The notes below the pieces were generated by a model. The model was not told where the DNA came from and did not search any database. It saw only the letters and a list, made by a program, of their open reading frames with translations. The position numbers and the translations under genes were made by a program. From Eledone cirrhosa (Eukaryota), in NCBI GenBank assembly GCA_964016885.1, contig OZ024759.1, forward strand, positions 10,912,001 to 10,976,000: a stretch of DNA of 64,000 bases, given 5' to 3'. Position 1 is the first letter of the stretch. Each line of letters starts with the position of its first letter. Positions 13,889-46,887 of the stretch are shown here, piece by piece.

Positions 13889-14116
13889 GTGAGTATATAT
13901 ATACACATAATAATATATATATATATTTATATAGAAATATATAATATATATACATATATACATAATATATATATATATATATATAATATATATTATATAT
14001 ATATAATATATATATTATATATATATATATAATATATATATGTGTAAATGAAGTAATACCGTCGGGAAGGTACAGGAAAAAAGAGTGCTCTATGTAGGCT
14101 ACAGAGCTTATGTATG

Positions 14117-14193
<77 letters not shown>

Positions 14194-14407
14194 TATATAT
14201 CTTTATATATATGCAGAGAAAAATATAGAAAGTATGGTGTGTGTAAGTTTTAAAACATTACATATATGAACTATTTAAACAAAAATACATTATTTCATAA
14301 AACACTTATAAAGAGTTCAAGACCCAGATACACACACACACATCTTTAACTATTTTCTTTTCATTTGTATATAAAAAAAAGTATGATCCTGTTTATTATT
14401 GCGGCAA

Positions 14408-15612
14408 GTAATAATTGTTTCTACTTTTGGCACAAGGCCAGCAATTATCCCACTGTATTACTGGTACTTTATTTTACCGACCCCGTATGGAGGAAAGTCA
14501 AAGTTAACCTCGACGGGATTTGAACCCAGACCGCAAAGAGCCGTAACTCTATGCTGCATAGCATGGCGTACGACTCTCTACCGATACTGCCAATCCACCG
14601 CCCTATAAGAATCTAAACTATAATAAAGTAAGGAGCGCGGGACTGCGTACGGTTTATAATTTTTTTATCCCATTAGTAAAATAAGTTGGATTACTTTGAA
14701 TAAATAATTGTTTCTACTTTAGGCACAAGGCCAGCAAATACCCAGTGCATTACTGGTACTTTATTTTATCGACCCCGTAAGGATGAAAGGCAAAGTCAAC
14801 CTCGGCAGGATTTGAACTCGGATCGTAAAGGGACGTAACTATGCTGGAAAGCATGGCGTCCGACCCTCTACCGATACTCCCAATCCACCGCACTTTGAAT
14901 AAATAATTGTTTCTACTTTAGACACAAGGCCAGCAATCACCCAGTGCATTACTGGTACTTTATTTTTGAATAAATAATGAATGAATATTACATAATTTAT
15001 CTACTAAATTTCGTAACTGTTGATTAAATATATTTTACATAGCCTATTCGATTACTAATAGACACAAGGGTTAGGATTAAAGTATCGGTAGAGTGTCTGA
15101 TAACTTGCTTTGCAGCATATAGTTACGATCCTGAATCCTCTGAGGTTAACTTTGCCTTTCATCCTTACGGGGGTCGATAAAATAAAGTACCAGTAATGAA
15201 ATGGGGTCGATTGAATTGACTTTCTCTTCTTGTTGGCCTTGTGCCCAAAAAAGAAATCATTAATTAGAGGTGGATTGGCAGTATCGGTAGAGGGTCGGAC
15301 GCCATGCTTTGAGGCATAGAGTTACGGCCCTTGCCAGTCTGAGTTCAAATCCCGCCGAGGTTAACTTTGCCTTTCATCCTTACGGGGTCAATAAAATAAA
15401 GTACCAGTAATGAACTGGGTAATTGCTGGCCTTGTGCCTAAAGTAGAAATAATTATTTAAGTCAGTTGTCAATAAGCTCGTTAGGGCCACAAACACCTTA
15501 TCTTATCAATTAATCAGAGAAACATATTTGAATTGTTTGAAGTATTATTAAGGGCTAAAGTACCAGTAATACACTGGGTAATTGCTGGCCTTGTGCCTAA
15601 AGTAGAAACAAT
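14408..15612. mobile_element. Cluster of six SINE family 1 copies or fragments (three on -, then three on +)
   Basis: Direct sequence match to 3369-3558 in both orientations. Confidence 0.8.
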
Positions 15613-16069
15613 TAATTACTAATAAACTCACAAAAAAAAAGCATTACTATTATTGAATAAAAACGATAGTACCAGTAAAATACTGTGGCTGATTCAATCT
15701 AACTCCCTCTCCACCAAATCTGAAGTCTTGTGCCGGTCTTAGAAACAGTGTGGTTAAGGGTTGCACTCAAAATTATAAGGTTATAGGTTCAATTCCTAGA
15801 CCGGGTAGGAGGGTTTTGTGTTCTTGAGCAAGACACACTCTTTCTTCATTAACTGTGGTGAGAGATGGTAGGGTGGTGTGTATCTTTTCTTTCTGATTCA
15901 TTGACCCTAGTATTTATGTTTGCTAGCAGGGAAACCAGTCATAAAATGGGGACTATCATCATTAAACGACCACTTTCCCTGCTAGCAAGGGCCGGAAAGG
16001 TCATCGGCTGACCATCAGGTCCGGTGGCAGTCTGACCGACAGGTCATCTGTAGCTGACCCAGCTGGTAC

Positions 16070-16832
16070 TTAACCCTTTAGCATTTACATTACTCTATAT
16101 ATACTATTGTATTGTCGCAGTAAAGGCTTTACCTCACATAATAGCTCACATAACATTTACATTACTCTATATATACTATTGTATTGTCACAGTAAAGGCT
16201 TTACCTGACATAATATCTCACATAACATTTACATTACTCTATATATACTATTGTATTGTCACAGTAAAGGCTTTACCTCACATAACATTTACATTACTCT
16301 ATATATACTATTGTATTGTCACAGTACAGGCTTTACCTCACATAATATCTCACATAACATTCACATTACTCTATATATACTATTGTATTGTCAAGGTAAA
16401 GGCTTTACCTCACATAATATCTCACATAACCTTTACATTACTCTATATATACTATTGTATTGTCACAGTAAAGGCTTTACCTCACATAATACCTCACATA
16501 ACATTTACATTACTCTATATATACTATTGTATTGTCACAGTAAAGGCTTTACTTCACATAATATCTCACATAACATTTACATTACTCTATATATACTATT
16601 GTATTGTCACAGTAAAGGCTTTACCTCACATAATACCTCACATAACATTTACATTACTCTATATATACTATTGTATTGTCACAGTAAAGGCTCACATAAT
16701 ATCGAATCTGACATTTTGATATTATTTATTTTGGGAACAATACCTTAACAGTTTGTATGAGTGGCCAGTTTGAAGAGAAAGGGATGAGAGAATTCTGGCC
16801 GGATATGGCTGGTTTAAATGGTAAAGGGTTAA
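16070..16832 (+). mobile_element. piggyBac-like MITE (TTAA-CCCTTTAGCATTTA...TAAATGGTAAAGGG-TTAA) with internal tandem expansion. Other copies: 7518-8137, 20160-20542, 26844-27391, 48167-48838, 56190-56772; partial 54353-54460
   Basis: TTAA target-site duplication, CCC/GGG terminal inverted repeats, shared internal sequence. Confidence 0.75.
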
Positions 16833-16844
16833 AGCAGAGTTACT

Positions 16845-19800
16845 GACCAGTGGGGAGGGACTTACATGTATTCCTGGCCCCTACTGACAGGCCATCAGTT
16901 GACCATACAGTGGGGTGGGAGTCTATCTCTCATATATTCCTGGCCCCTACTGACAAGTCATCAACTGACCATCACTGGGGTGGGAGTCTATCTCTCACAT
17001 ATATTCCTGGACCCTACTGACAGGTCATCAACTGACCATCAGTGGGGAGGGAGTCTCCCTCTCATACATTCCTGGCCCCTACAACATGTCATCAACTGAC
17101 CATCAGTGGGGTGGGAGTCTACCTCTCACATATATTCCTGGCCCTACAACAGGTCATCAGTTGACCATACAGTGGGGTGGGAGTCTGCCTCTCACATATA
17201 TTCCTGGCCCCTACAACAGGTCATCAACTGACCATCAGTGGGGTGGGAGTCTGCCTCTCACATATATTCCTGGCCCCTACAACAGGTCATCAACTGACCA
17301 TCAGTGGGGTGGGAGTCTGCCTCTCACATATATTCCTGGCCCCTACAACATGTCATCAACTGACCATCAGTGGGGTGGGAGTCTACCTCTCACATATATT
17401 CCTGGCCCTACAACAGGTCATCAGTTGACCATACAGTGGGGTGGGAGTCTGCCTCTCACATATATTCCTGGCCCCTACAACAGGTCATCAACTGACCATC
17501 AGTGGGGTGGGAGTCTGCCTCTCACATATATTCCTGGCCCCTACAACAGGTCATCAACTGACCATCAGTGGGGTGGGAGTCTACCTCTCACATATATTCC
17601 TGGCCCCTACAACAGGTCATCAACTGACCATCAGTGGGGTGGGAGTCTGCCTCTCACATACATTCCTGGCCCCTACAACAGGTCATCAACTGACCATACA
17701 GTGGGGTGGGAGTCTGCCTCTCACATACATTCCTGGCCCCTACAACAGGTCATCAACTGACCATCAGTGGGGTGGGAGTCTATCTCTCACATATATTCCT
17801 GGCCCCTACAACAGGTCATCAGTTGACCATACAGTGGGGTGGGAGTCTGCCTCTCACATATATTCCTGGCCCCTACAACAGGTCATCAGTTGACCATACA
17901 GTGGGGTGGGAGTCTGCCTCTCACATATATTCCTGGCCCCTACAACAGGTCATTCACTGACCATCAGTGGGGTGGAAGTCTGCCTCTCACATATATTCCT
18001 GGCCCCTACAACAGGTCATCAACTGACCATACAGTGGGGTGGGAGTCTGCCTCTCACATACATTCCTGGCCCCTACAACAGGTCATCAACTGACCATCAG
18101 TGGGGTGGGAGTCTATCTCTCACATATATTCCTGGCCCCTACAACAGGTCATCAGTTGACCATACAGTGGGGTGGGAGTCTGCCTCTCACATACATTCCT
18201 GGCCCCTACAACAGGTCATCAACTGACCATACAGTGGGGTGGGAGTCTGCCTCTCACATATATTCCTGGCCCCTACAACAGGTCATCAGTTGACCATCAG
18301 TGGGGTGGGAGTCTGCGTCTCACATACATTCCTGGCCCCTACAACAGGTCATCAACTGACCATCAGTGGGGTGGGAGTCTACCTCATACATTCCTGCCCC
18401 CTACAACAGGTCATCAACTGACCATCAGTGGGGTGGAAGTCTGCCTCTCACATACATTCCTGGCCCCTACAACAGGTCATCAACTGACCATCAGTGGGGT
18501 GGGAGTCTGCCTCTCACATACATTCCTGGCCCCTACAACAGGTCATCAACTGACCATCAGTGGGGTGGGAGTCTACCTCATACATTCCTGGCCCCTACAA
18601 CAGGTCATCAACTGACCATCAGTGGGGTGGGAGTCTGCCTCTCACATATATTCCTGGCCCCTACAACAGGTCATCAACTGACCATCAGTGGGGTGGAAGT
18701 CTGCCTCTCACATACATTCCTGGCCCCTACAACAGGTCATCAACTGACCATCAGTGGGGTGGGAGTCTGCCTCTCACATACATTCCTGGCCCCTACAACA
18801 GGTCATCAACTGACCATCAGTGGGGTGGGAGTCTGCCTCTCACATATATTCCTGGCCCCTACAACAGGTCATCAACTGACCATCAGTGGGGTGGGAGTCT
18901 GCCTCTCACATACATTCCTGGCCCCTACAACAGGTCATCAACTGACCATCAGTGGGGTGGAAGTCTGCCTCTCACACACATTCCTGGCCCCTACAACAGG
19001 TCATCAACTGACCATCAGTGGGGTGGGAGTCTGCCTCTCACATACATTCCTGGCCCCTACAACAGGTCATCAACTGACCATCAGTGGGGTGGGAGTCTGC
19101 CTCTCACATACATTCCTGGCCCCTACAACAGGTCATCAGTTGACCATCAGTGGGGTGGGAGTCTGCCTCTCACATATATTCCTGGCCCCTACAACAGGTC
19201 ATCAACTGACCATCAGTGGGGTGGGAGTCTGCCTCTCACATATATTCCTGGCCCCTACAACAGGTCATCAACTGACCATCAGTGGGGTGGGAGTCTGCCT
19301 CTCACATATATTCCTGGCCCCTACAACAGGTCATCAACTGACCATCAGTGGGGTGGGAGTCTGCCTTTCACATACATTCCTGGCCCCTACAACAGGTCAT
19401 CAGTTGACCATCAGTGGGGTGGGAGTCTACCTCTCACATATATTCCTGGCCCCTACAACAGGTCATCAACTGACCATCAGTGGGGTGGGAGTCTGCCTCT
19501 CACATACATTCCTGGCCCCTACAACAGGTCATCAACTGACCATCAGTGGGGTGGGAGTCTGCCTCTCACATACATTCCTGGCCCCTACAACAGGTCATCA
19601 GTTGACCATCAGTGGGGTGGGAGTCTACCTCTCACATATATTCCTGGCCCCTACAACAGGTCATCAACTGATCATCAGTGGGGTGGGAGTCTGCCTCTCA
19701 CATACATTCCTGGCCCCTACAACAGGTCATCAACTGACCATCAGTGGGGTGGTAGTCTGCCTCTCACATATATTCCTGGCCCCTACAACAGGTCATCAAC

Positions 19801-19860
19801 TGACCATCAGTGGGGTGGGAGTCTGCCTCTCACATACATTCCTGGCCCCTACAACAGGTC
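16845..19860 (+). repeat. 66-bp minisatellite, about 45 copies
   Basis: (CCATCAGTGGGGTGGGAGTCTGCCTCTCACATAYATTCCTGGCCCCTACAACAGGTCATCAACTGA)n, more diverged at the left edge. Confidence 0.97.
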
Positions 19861-22214
19861 AGGTTGTGAGTAGCCAGTATTTCCAGCCCTCCTCCATCCT
19901 GTATCAAATATCTATTGACTCCTTCGTTTTGTTTACATGTCAACTGAGATTTGTTTGTTTGATTGATTTACTTGGAACAATCAATACAGATCAATCAGGC
20001 TGTCCATCAAGTGTTTTCAGCTTCATTTTATATTATTTTTGTATTTTTTCTTTCTACTTTCTTATGATATTAATATTTTCTTGACATAATTTTATAACTA
20101 ATTAATAAATTATCTTTTTTTTATGGTATTGGGAAGTGTTTGTAAGTGGAAGTTTTGTCTTTTTACCCTATTATATATTCATGGTAAAGGCTTTATCTCA
20201 CATAATATCTTACATAACTATATATACTATTGTATATTCATGGTAAAGGCTTTATCTCACATAACATTTACATTACTCTATATATACTATTGTATATTCA
20301 CAGTAAAGGCTTTACCTCACATAACATTTACATTACCCTATATATACTATTGTATTTTCATGGTAAAGTCTTTACTTCACATAATTATCTCACATAATAT
20401 CGAATATATGAGATTTTGATATTACTTATTTTGAGAACAATACCTTAACATAAGTATGAACGGCCAGTTACAGCCAATTTGAACAGAAAGAGGTGAGAGA
20501 ATTCTGGCCAGATACGGTCGGTTTAAATGCTAAAATGTTAAACACCAGACTTTATTACGTAATGTATCATGTGATAGGAAGGACATCCAGCTATAGATAT
20601 AGAAAAAATGCCAAACAAAGGGTTGGAAGGACCCTTCAGTTGTGTTAAAGACATGACAACTTCTCTGGTGTTGGTGATCTACCCAATTGCACCCACTACA
20701 CTCTGTAAAGTGGTTAGTGATAGGAATATGATGCAGCTGTAGAAAAGCTGCCAAACAAAGAGTCTGGAGGACTGTTTAACTGTGTCAAAGACATGACAAC
20801 CTCTCAAGTACTGGTGCCATGATAAAATGCATTTGGTAGAAGCATCAGTGTGTTTGTAAGTGAGATGCTGGGCCTTTGTCTGGCTCAAGCATATATTCAC
20901 CATCATCATCATCGTCATCATCAAAATCCACTTTCTCTGCTAGTGAGGGTTGGACAGGTCATTAGAGGACCGTATGGTGGGGTGGTACTTATACACATCC
21001 TACCAAGTCAGCAGCAGCTTACATTTCTAGCACCCCTGCCCCCGTATCATCATTATCATCATCAAAGGTCCACTTTCCCTGCTAGTGAGGGCTGGACAGG
21101 TCATATGGTATCTAATTGCTTCTTTATTGATTTTGTGTCACTAAGAAAACGTTTTTTTTTTTTGAAGGTTTAAAGTTGGGAACACATTGTTTCTCTCCAT
21201 TGCGTGGTTGTGTTCTGTCATCAAGTTTCAGAGAGCATGTATGGACATGAAAGGACCAGTTATCTCTGTACAGGGATGTCTTTAATTTGTGTTGTGACAG
21301 CGTGGTGTAGCTCTTCACTTCTGAGGAATTATAGCTGCCTTAATATAATCATCACTGTTTTGTGGCCTTTCTTCCACGCTAGCATGAGTTAGACGACTTG
21401 CCCTGTTGTGACCATGCCTTGCTTATAAAGAACTGATTTTTGCTTGGTTTCTACAGTTAGATGCCTTCCCTAACACCAACATCATTTACAGTGTGTACTG
21501 GGTACTTTTTGTCATGACACCTACACAAACACTTTACAGGGTAGACTTTGTGCTTTTTGTTGTGACTTCTACATGACCATTTTACAGTGGGTACTGGGTA
21601 CTTTTTGTTGTGACACCTACATGACCACTTTACAGTGTGGACTGGGTGCTTTTTGTTGTGACACCTACATGACCACTTTACAGGTTGGACTGGGTACTTT
21701 TTGTTGTGACACCTACATGACCACCTTACAGTGTAGACTGGGTGATTTTTGTTGTGATGCCTACACGACCACTTTACAGTGTGGGCTGGGTACTTTTTGT
21801 TGTGATGCCTACACGACCACTTTACAGTGTGGACTGGGTGTCTTTTGTTGTGACACCTACACGACCACTTTACAGTGTATATATTTATGTATGTAGGTAT
21901 ATAGGGTGGTAGTACTAGTGAGAGTGCACATTGCTCCTATGCATGTATCTAAGTAAATAGACGGAAATATAGCAAAAAGCTTTGTGGAACAATCATGAAG
22001 TTAGTGTAAGAAATTAGCAACAAGGAGATACTCTGATATTGGTAGCATTTCTGGAAAGTTCGAAAGACTTGTCAGAGCAATAATTTGACAGTGACAGTGA
22101 AAGAATTTATATACAAATATGTATATAGTATATATATATATATGTAATACATATGAGTTTGTCTGTCTGTCATCACCATCATCAATGTTTTATGTGTGAG
22201 GAACTGTAGCTGGC

Positions 22215-22577
22215 TTGTCATCATCATCATCATACGTCCACTTTTCCCTGCTTGCAAGGGTTGGACGGGTCCTATTCAGCACAGCATCTCTCCACTTCTC
22301 ACGGTCCTTCGTCATCTTCACCATGAGTTTCAGCAATCTGAGGTCTGCTCTCACCACCTCCGCCCATGTTTTACATGGTCTACCTCTACTGCGTCTTCCT
22401 TCTACTGGGATTTCTTGGCACTTCTTTACCCAGTGGTCCTCCTCCATGCGCATCACATGTCCATACCATCTCAGCCTTCCCTCCTGTACACCACAACTTA
22501 TCCCTCTTACACCCAGTTTCTTTCTGAACTCGTCCATGCTTGGTCGTTCACGCACATTGACACTGCACATCCAACGT
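22215..22577 (-). mobile_element. RTE-clade LINE 3' fragment
   Basis: LRWYGHVMRMEEDHWVKKC..RGRPCKTW..KWRDAV with the same tail. Confidence 0.85.
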
Positions 22578-23108
22578 GTGCATTTTTTATGGACAACTGT
22601 TGTTGATATATATGTAATATGTATGTGTCTGCCATCATCATCATCATCATCAACACTATTTTATATCTGTGTTCTATGCCAGTTTGGGTTATAGACAGGT
22701 TGTCATATTCTATGACTAGGTTGGTCAAATGACTGGATTTTGCTCATTCATTCCATTCTAGTATTGTTTCCACACCTAAATGCCCTTCCTAATGCTGGCC
22801 AGCATTTACTGGGTACATGTTTATCATGGTACCAGCACTACCTCATTACAGGTTGGGCTTGGTGCATCAGCATAATCATTGGCAGTATTGGTAGAGGGTC
22901 GGACGCCATGCTTTGACGCATAGAGTTGCGGCCCTTGCCATTCTGAGCTCAAATCTCGCCGAGGTTAACTTTGCCTTTCATCCTTACGGGGTCGATAAAA
23001 TAAAGTATCAGTAATGCACTGGGTAATTGCTGGCCTTGTGCCAAAAGTAGAAACAATTATTTATATATATACGACAGTAGTAATCGCAGTGATAGACACA
23101 TTTTTCAA

Positions 23109-23742
23109 ATGCCGGTGGGTTCTATAAAAGTGGTTGATAGCTTCCGGTGCCTAGTTGATCAGATTAGGATGGGAGGAGGGTGCTCCGAGGCCATAGTATC
23201 TAGAATAAGGACGGGTTGGAAGAAGTTTAGGGAGCTGCTTCCTCTGTTGACAACAAAGGGTTTCTCCCTGCGTACGAAAGGCCGATTATATGATGCCTCT
23301 GTGAGATGCGTGATGCTGCATGGTAGTGAGACATGGGCAGCAACTGCGGAGGATATGCAACGGCTGGAGAGAAATGAAGCAAGCATGCTCCGTTGGATGT
23401 GCAATATCAATGGGCATGAATGACCAAGCATAGACGAGTTGAGAGAGAAACTGGGTATAAGTGGGATAAGTTGTGGTGCGCGAGAGAGAAGACTGAGATG
23501 GTATGGACATGTGATGCGCATGGAGGATGACCACTGGGTAAAGAAGTGCCAAGAAATCCCAGTAGAAGGAAGACGCAATAGAGGAAGACCATGAAAAACA
23601 TGGGCAGAGGTGGTGAGAGCTGACCTCATCGCTGAAACTCACAGAGGAGATGATGAAGGACCGTGACAAGTGGAGAGATGCTGAATAGGACCCGTCCCAC
23701 CCTTGCAAGCAGGGAAAAACGGATGTAAAATGATGATGATGA
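23109..23742 (+). mobile_element. RTE-clade LINE 3' fragment (same family as 5246-5862)
   Basis: Near-identical translated motifs and tail. Confidence 0.88.
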
Positions 23743-24568
23743 TATATATATATATATAAATCTAAATTAAAATGTGTTGAAAACTCACAATACTCCCTTA
23801 TAATCAAATAAGCTGTTTATAACTCAGTAAAGAAACACAAACACACATATATATGTGTGTGTTCAAATCATAAGGGATATAAAACCACCAGAGTGAGGAA
23901 TATGATTTGAACACATATATATATATGTGTGTGTTTTTGTCTTTACTGTGTTATATATATATATAATAATCATCATCATCCTTTTAATATGCACTTTCCC
24001 CGCTAGCAATGGTTGGACAGCTCTACATAGACCAAATCAGAGATCTGCATCTTGTATATACACAGTCCTACATTCTACTGAGTGTGTGTGCACACACACA
24101 CCTACACACAAGAATGAATTGTAAGTCAACAGGTTAAAATTAACTTTGATTATTCATAGTCGCTGTTATATATATTTCGGTGATAATCATTATGCAACAA
24201 CTATGACCTCATTAGACAGCTAGAATTTGAACAGAAAAACATAATGATGGAATAAAGCTTACTTATGTTATTTTGATTTTTTTATATGCTCAGTGCTGAA
24301 GTTTGGTGTTGTTTTCTCAAAGTAATATAGTTAGTCTTCACTATGATAATTTCCACAACAATCTGTCCACCAGTAAAGATACTATAAACATTTCACTGAG
24401 CAAACTTGTTTTTAGATTTAATCATTACAAGTTGTTTTGTTAAGAGTTAATGATGTCTAACTTTGTTTTATTTATTTATTTATTTTAATTCTAGAAGCTG
24501 AAAACCGTGTTGGCCCTTACCACTACCTTCCTCGCTAATGTGTTGCTATGGTGACATGTTAAGTCAAC

Positions 24569-43025
<18,457 letters not shown>

Positions 43026-44044
43026 TTCCCCTGGAGAAGCCCTCTTTCTCTACCAAACTTATCATATCACATCGAACAAACCACAAATGTGAAGCTTCTT
43101 GAATTTGCATAGGTTGCTCTAACAAAAGAAATACGTCTTAAGTTATTAGATAAAATATCACCCATTTCTTCATGTCACAAATGTATTTGTTTCAATAACT
43201 AATAATTGCTAACGAGGTAGGAGGATAAGTAATGGTGAGTATGGTTGGAGAAGGGGGATAGTGTCAAAATTGACTCTCAAATATCCCTATTGACTTTATT
43301 GATAGACAATTTAAAAAAAAAATTTATTTATTTATTTATATTTGCTATACCTTCTACGCTGCTGTTGTTGAGGTAAAAACTGCTTTCTCCCCCTTCTCTG
43401 CAATCAATTCATTCATGACTAAGTTGACTTGTTTTCAAAGCTACACCAATATAATACTCAACTACCTCTGCATAGATCACAAGTTGAAGTCTACAGTGGC
43501 AAATATTTCACTATATTGCTGATTCATTTACTGGTACCTATTCCAGTTTTATCAGCATTAAGCGATTGAGAGTGGACACCTGGACAGGACACCAGTCCAT
43601 TGCAAAGTTAACTCCCCAGCTACTGCTGCTACTCATTTTCTGCTGAGTGTACTGGAGCAACATGAAATGAAGTGTTTTGCTCAAGAACACAACGAAATTG
43701 ACTGGTGTCCTGTGGAAGGAAGAATCTTGTACTTTCAGTTATTTAACACTGATAAGACTGAGATAATCACTGGCCTGAGGATCCTTCAGGCATGAGGCAG
43801 ACTTTAGACGAGATTTAATCTCAGATCATACAAAGCTGAAACTAATACTTCAAAGCATTTTAACCTTTTTGATACCAAACCACCTTTAACTGCTGTTTAT
43901 CTTCAAGTGTTTATACTTATGTAAACACCTTTCATCAAATAATTTTTGAAGAAAAGTGTTACACTATGTTCGAATCATTAAAAGGATAGATGAACTACTA
44001 AATTTCTCCAATTTTTTTAATTACTTTCAAAATTGTTTGTAAAC

Positions 44045-45333
44045 CATAGACAATGTCTTTCATTAAAAATATTGTAATGAAAGGGTTAATGACATAGACA
44101 GTGTCTTTCATTAAAAATATTGTAATGAAAGGGTTAATCACATGGGTAGTGTCTTTCATTAGAAATATGATAATGAAAGGGTTAATGGCATAGTCAGTGT
44201 CTTTCATTAGAAATGTGGTAATGAAAGGGTTAATGACACAGACAGTGTCTTTCATTAGAAATATGATAATGAAAGGGTTAATGGCATAGACAGTGTCTTA
44301 CATTAGAAATATGGTAATGAAAGGGTTAATGACATAGACAGTGTCTTACATTAGAAATATGGTAATGAAAGGGTTAATGGCATAGTCAGTGTCTTTCATT
44401 AGAAATATGGTAATGAAAGGGTTAATGACATAGACAGTGTCTTTCATTAGAAATATGGTAATGAAAGGGTTAATGACATAGACAGTGTCTTACATTAGAA
44501 ATATGGTAATGAAAGGGTTAATGACATAGACAGTGTCTTTCATTAGAAATATGGTAATGAAAGAGTTAATGACATAGACAGTGTCTTACATTAGAAATAT
44601 GGTAATGAAAGGGTTAATGACATAGACAGTGTATTTCATTAGAAATATGGTAATGAAAGGGTTAATGACATAGACAGTGTCTTTCATTAGAAATATGGTA
44701 ATGAAAGGGTTAATGACATAGACAGTGTCTCTCATTAGAAATATGGTAATGAAAGGGTTAATGACATAGACAGTGTCTTTCATTAGAAATATGGTAATGA
44801 AAGGGTTAATGACATAGACAGTGTCTTTCATTAGAAATATGGTAATGGAAGGGTTAATGACATGGACAGTGTCTCTCATTAGAAATATGGTAATGAAAGG
44901 GTTAATGACATAGACAGTGTCTTTCATTAGAAATATGGTAATGGAAGGGTTAATGACATAGACAGTGTCTTTCATTAGAAATATGGTAATGAAAGGGTTA
45001 ATGACATAGACAGTGTCTTTCATTAGAAATATGGTAATGAAAGGGTTAATGACATAAACAGTGTCTTTCATTAGAAATATGGTAATGGAAGGGTTAATGA
45101 CATAGACAGTGTCTCTCATTAGAAATATGGTAATGAAAGGGTTAATGACATAGACAGTGTCTTTCATTAGAAATATGGTAATGGAAGGGTTAATGACATA
45201 AACAGTGTCTTTCATTAGAAATATGGTAATGAAAGGGTTAATGACATAAACAGTGTCTTTCATTAGAAATATGGTAATGAAAGGGTTAATGACATAGACA
45301 GTGTCTTACATTAGAAATATGGTAACAAAAGGT
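44045..45333 (-). repeat. Same 48-bp minisatellite in inverted orientation, about 27 copies
   Basis: Reverse complement of the 8472-9926 unit. Confidence 0.97.
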
Positions 45334-46675
45334 TTCATCCTATGTTGTTAGACTTTACTAATTTGCTCCCTACCCTTGTTATTCTAACAGTTTCTGTTTT
45401 AGACTTCGACACATTGCCAACAATTTTGGAGGGAGTGAAATGTCGATTAAATCAACATCTGTTCTTTCCTGATATTTTATATTTTATCGGCTCTGGAACA
45501 ATGATAGGTAAAGTTGACCTCAGACGGATTTGAAACCAAAATGGAAAGAACCTGAGCGAATACTGCAAATCATTTTTGTCCGACTCTCAAAAGATTCTGC
45601 CAAATTCTATGAAATTCCATCCAAATAATTTCCTGCTACAGAGATTACACCACATTTCACTTTTCTCCAATTTCTGAACATTTTCTCACAATTTGTTAAA
45701 TTCCGTCCAATTTTCTTCAAAATAATTAATGTTATTTCTTATTTCTTGTTACATTTTTCTTTATTGATCTTCTATTAATATTAACTTTTAACATCCTGTA
45801 CCACCCGAAACCACATTAGCCAGACATTGTGGAAAATGTATAAAAACAGCACTAGGACTACATTACATTAAATATTAAAGTCTTTACTTAAATACTGCCA
45901 ATTTCCACAATGATTTGTCCACTGGTAAATATACTATAAACATTTGAATTGACAAATCACCTGAAACCACATTAACAAGTCATTCTAGAAAAGTATAAAA
46001 CAACACTCTGACTGCATCACATTAAATATTAAAGTCTTTACTCCAATACTGTAAATTTCCACAACAATCTGTCTACTAGTAATGATATTATAAATATTTA
46101 GTACAAAACACACAATGACTACATCACATTAAATATTAAAGTGTTTACTATAATACTGCAAATTTCCAGAACAATCTGTTGACTAGTAAAGGTACTATAG
46201 ACATTTGAATTAGCAAACCTGTATTTAAACATTTTCTGCTGAATCATTACATGATGTTAAAAGTTAATAACTATTTGTCTGTTTTGATATTTCTGCTGGG
46301 AATATATGAGGTAAATTAGCTAGAAGAGATGCAGGAATGGTTGTGTGGTTAAAACTTTTTGTTTTAGAACCACATGGCTTTCAGTTCTAATATACATCAT
46401 TGGTAAAGCATGGAGGAGCTGAGAGAGAGAGGAATAAAATGTAGTGTGTTAGAGAGAAGATTGCTGGGTGAAGAAGTGGAAGGAAGCTTCAGTAGAGGAA
46501 GACCAAGGAAGACCTGAGTAGAGGTGGTGAGAATGAATCTCAAAATGGTGAATCTGATGTGGAGGAAATGACAAAGGAACGCAATGAGTGGAGGGAAGCT
46601 GTTGGAAAAGGCCGGACCAACTCATACAAGCATGGAATAATGGACATAAAATAGATGATGGAATACCCACATATT

Positions 46676-46716
<41 letters not shown>

Positions 46717-46809
46717 TGCCCCCTCGTTGTCGAGTATGGCCATTGCACGAGAAAAAAAAACACCATAATAATAACAATAACAACAACAATAATAACGACA
46801 ACAATAATA

Positions 46810-46879
<70 letters not shown>

Positions 46880-46887
46880 GATAGCAA

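Noticed and set aside
17086-20084. Repetitive ORFs of 437 and 572 aa
   Set aside because: By-product of a stop-free 66-bp unit. Frequent 1-2 bp indels shift frames, and there is no splice context.
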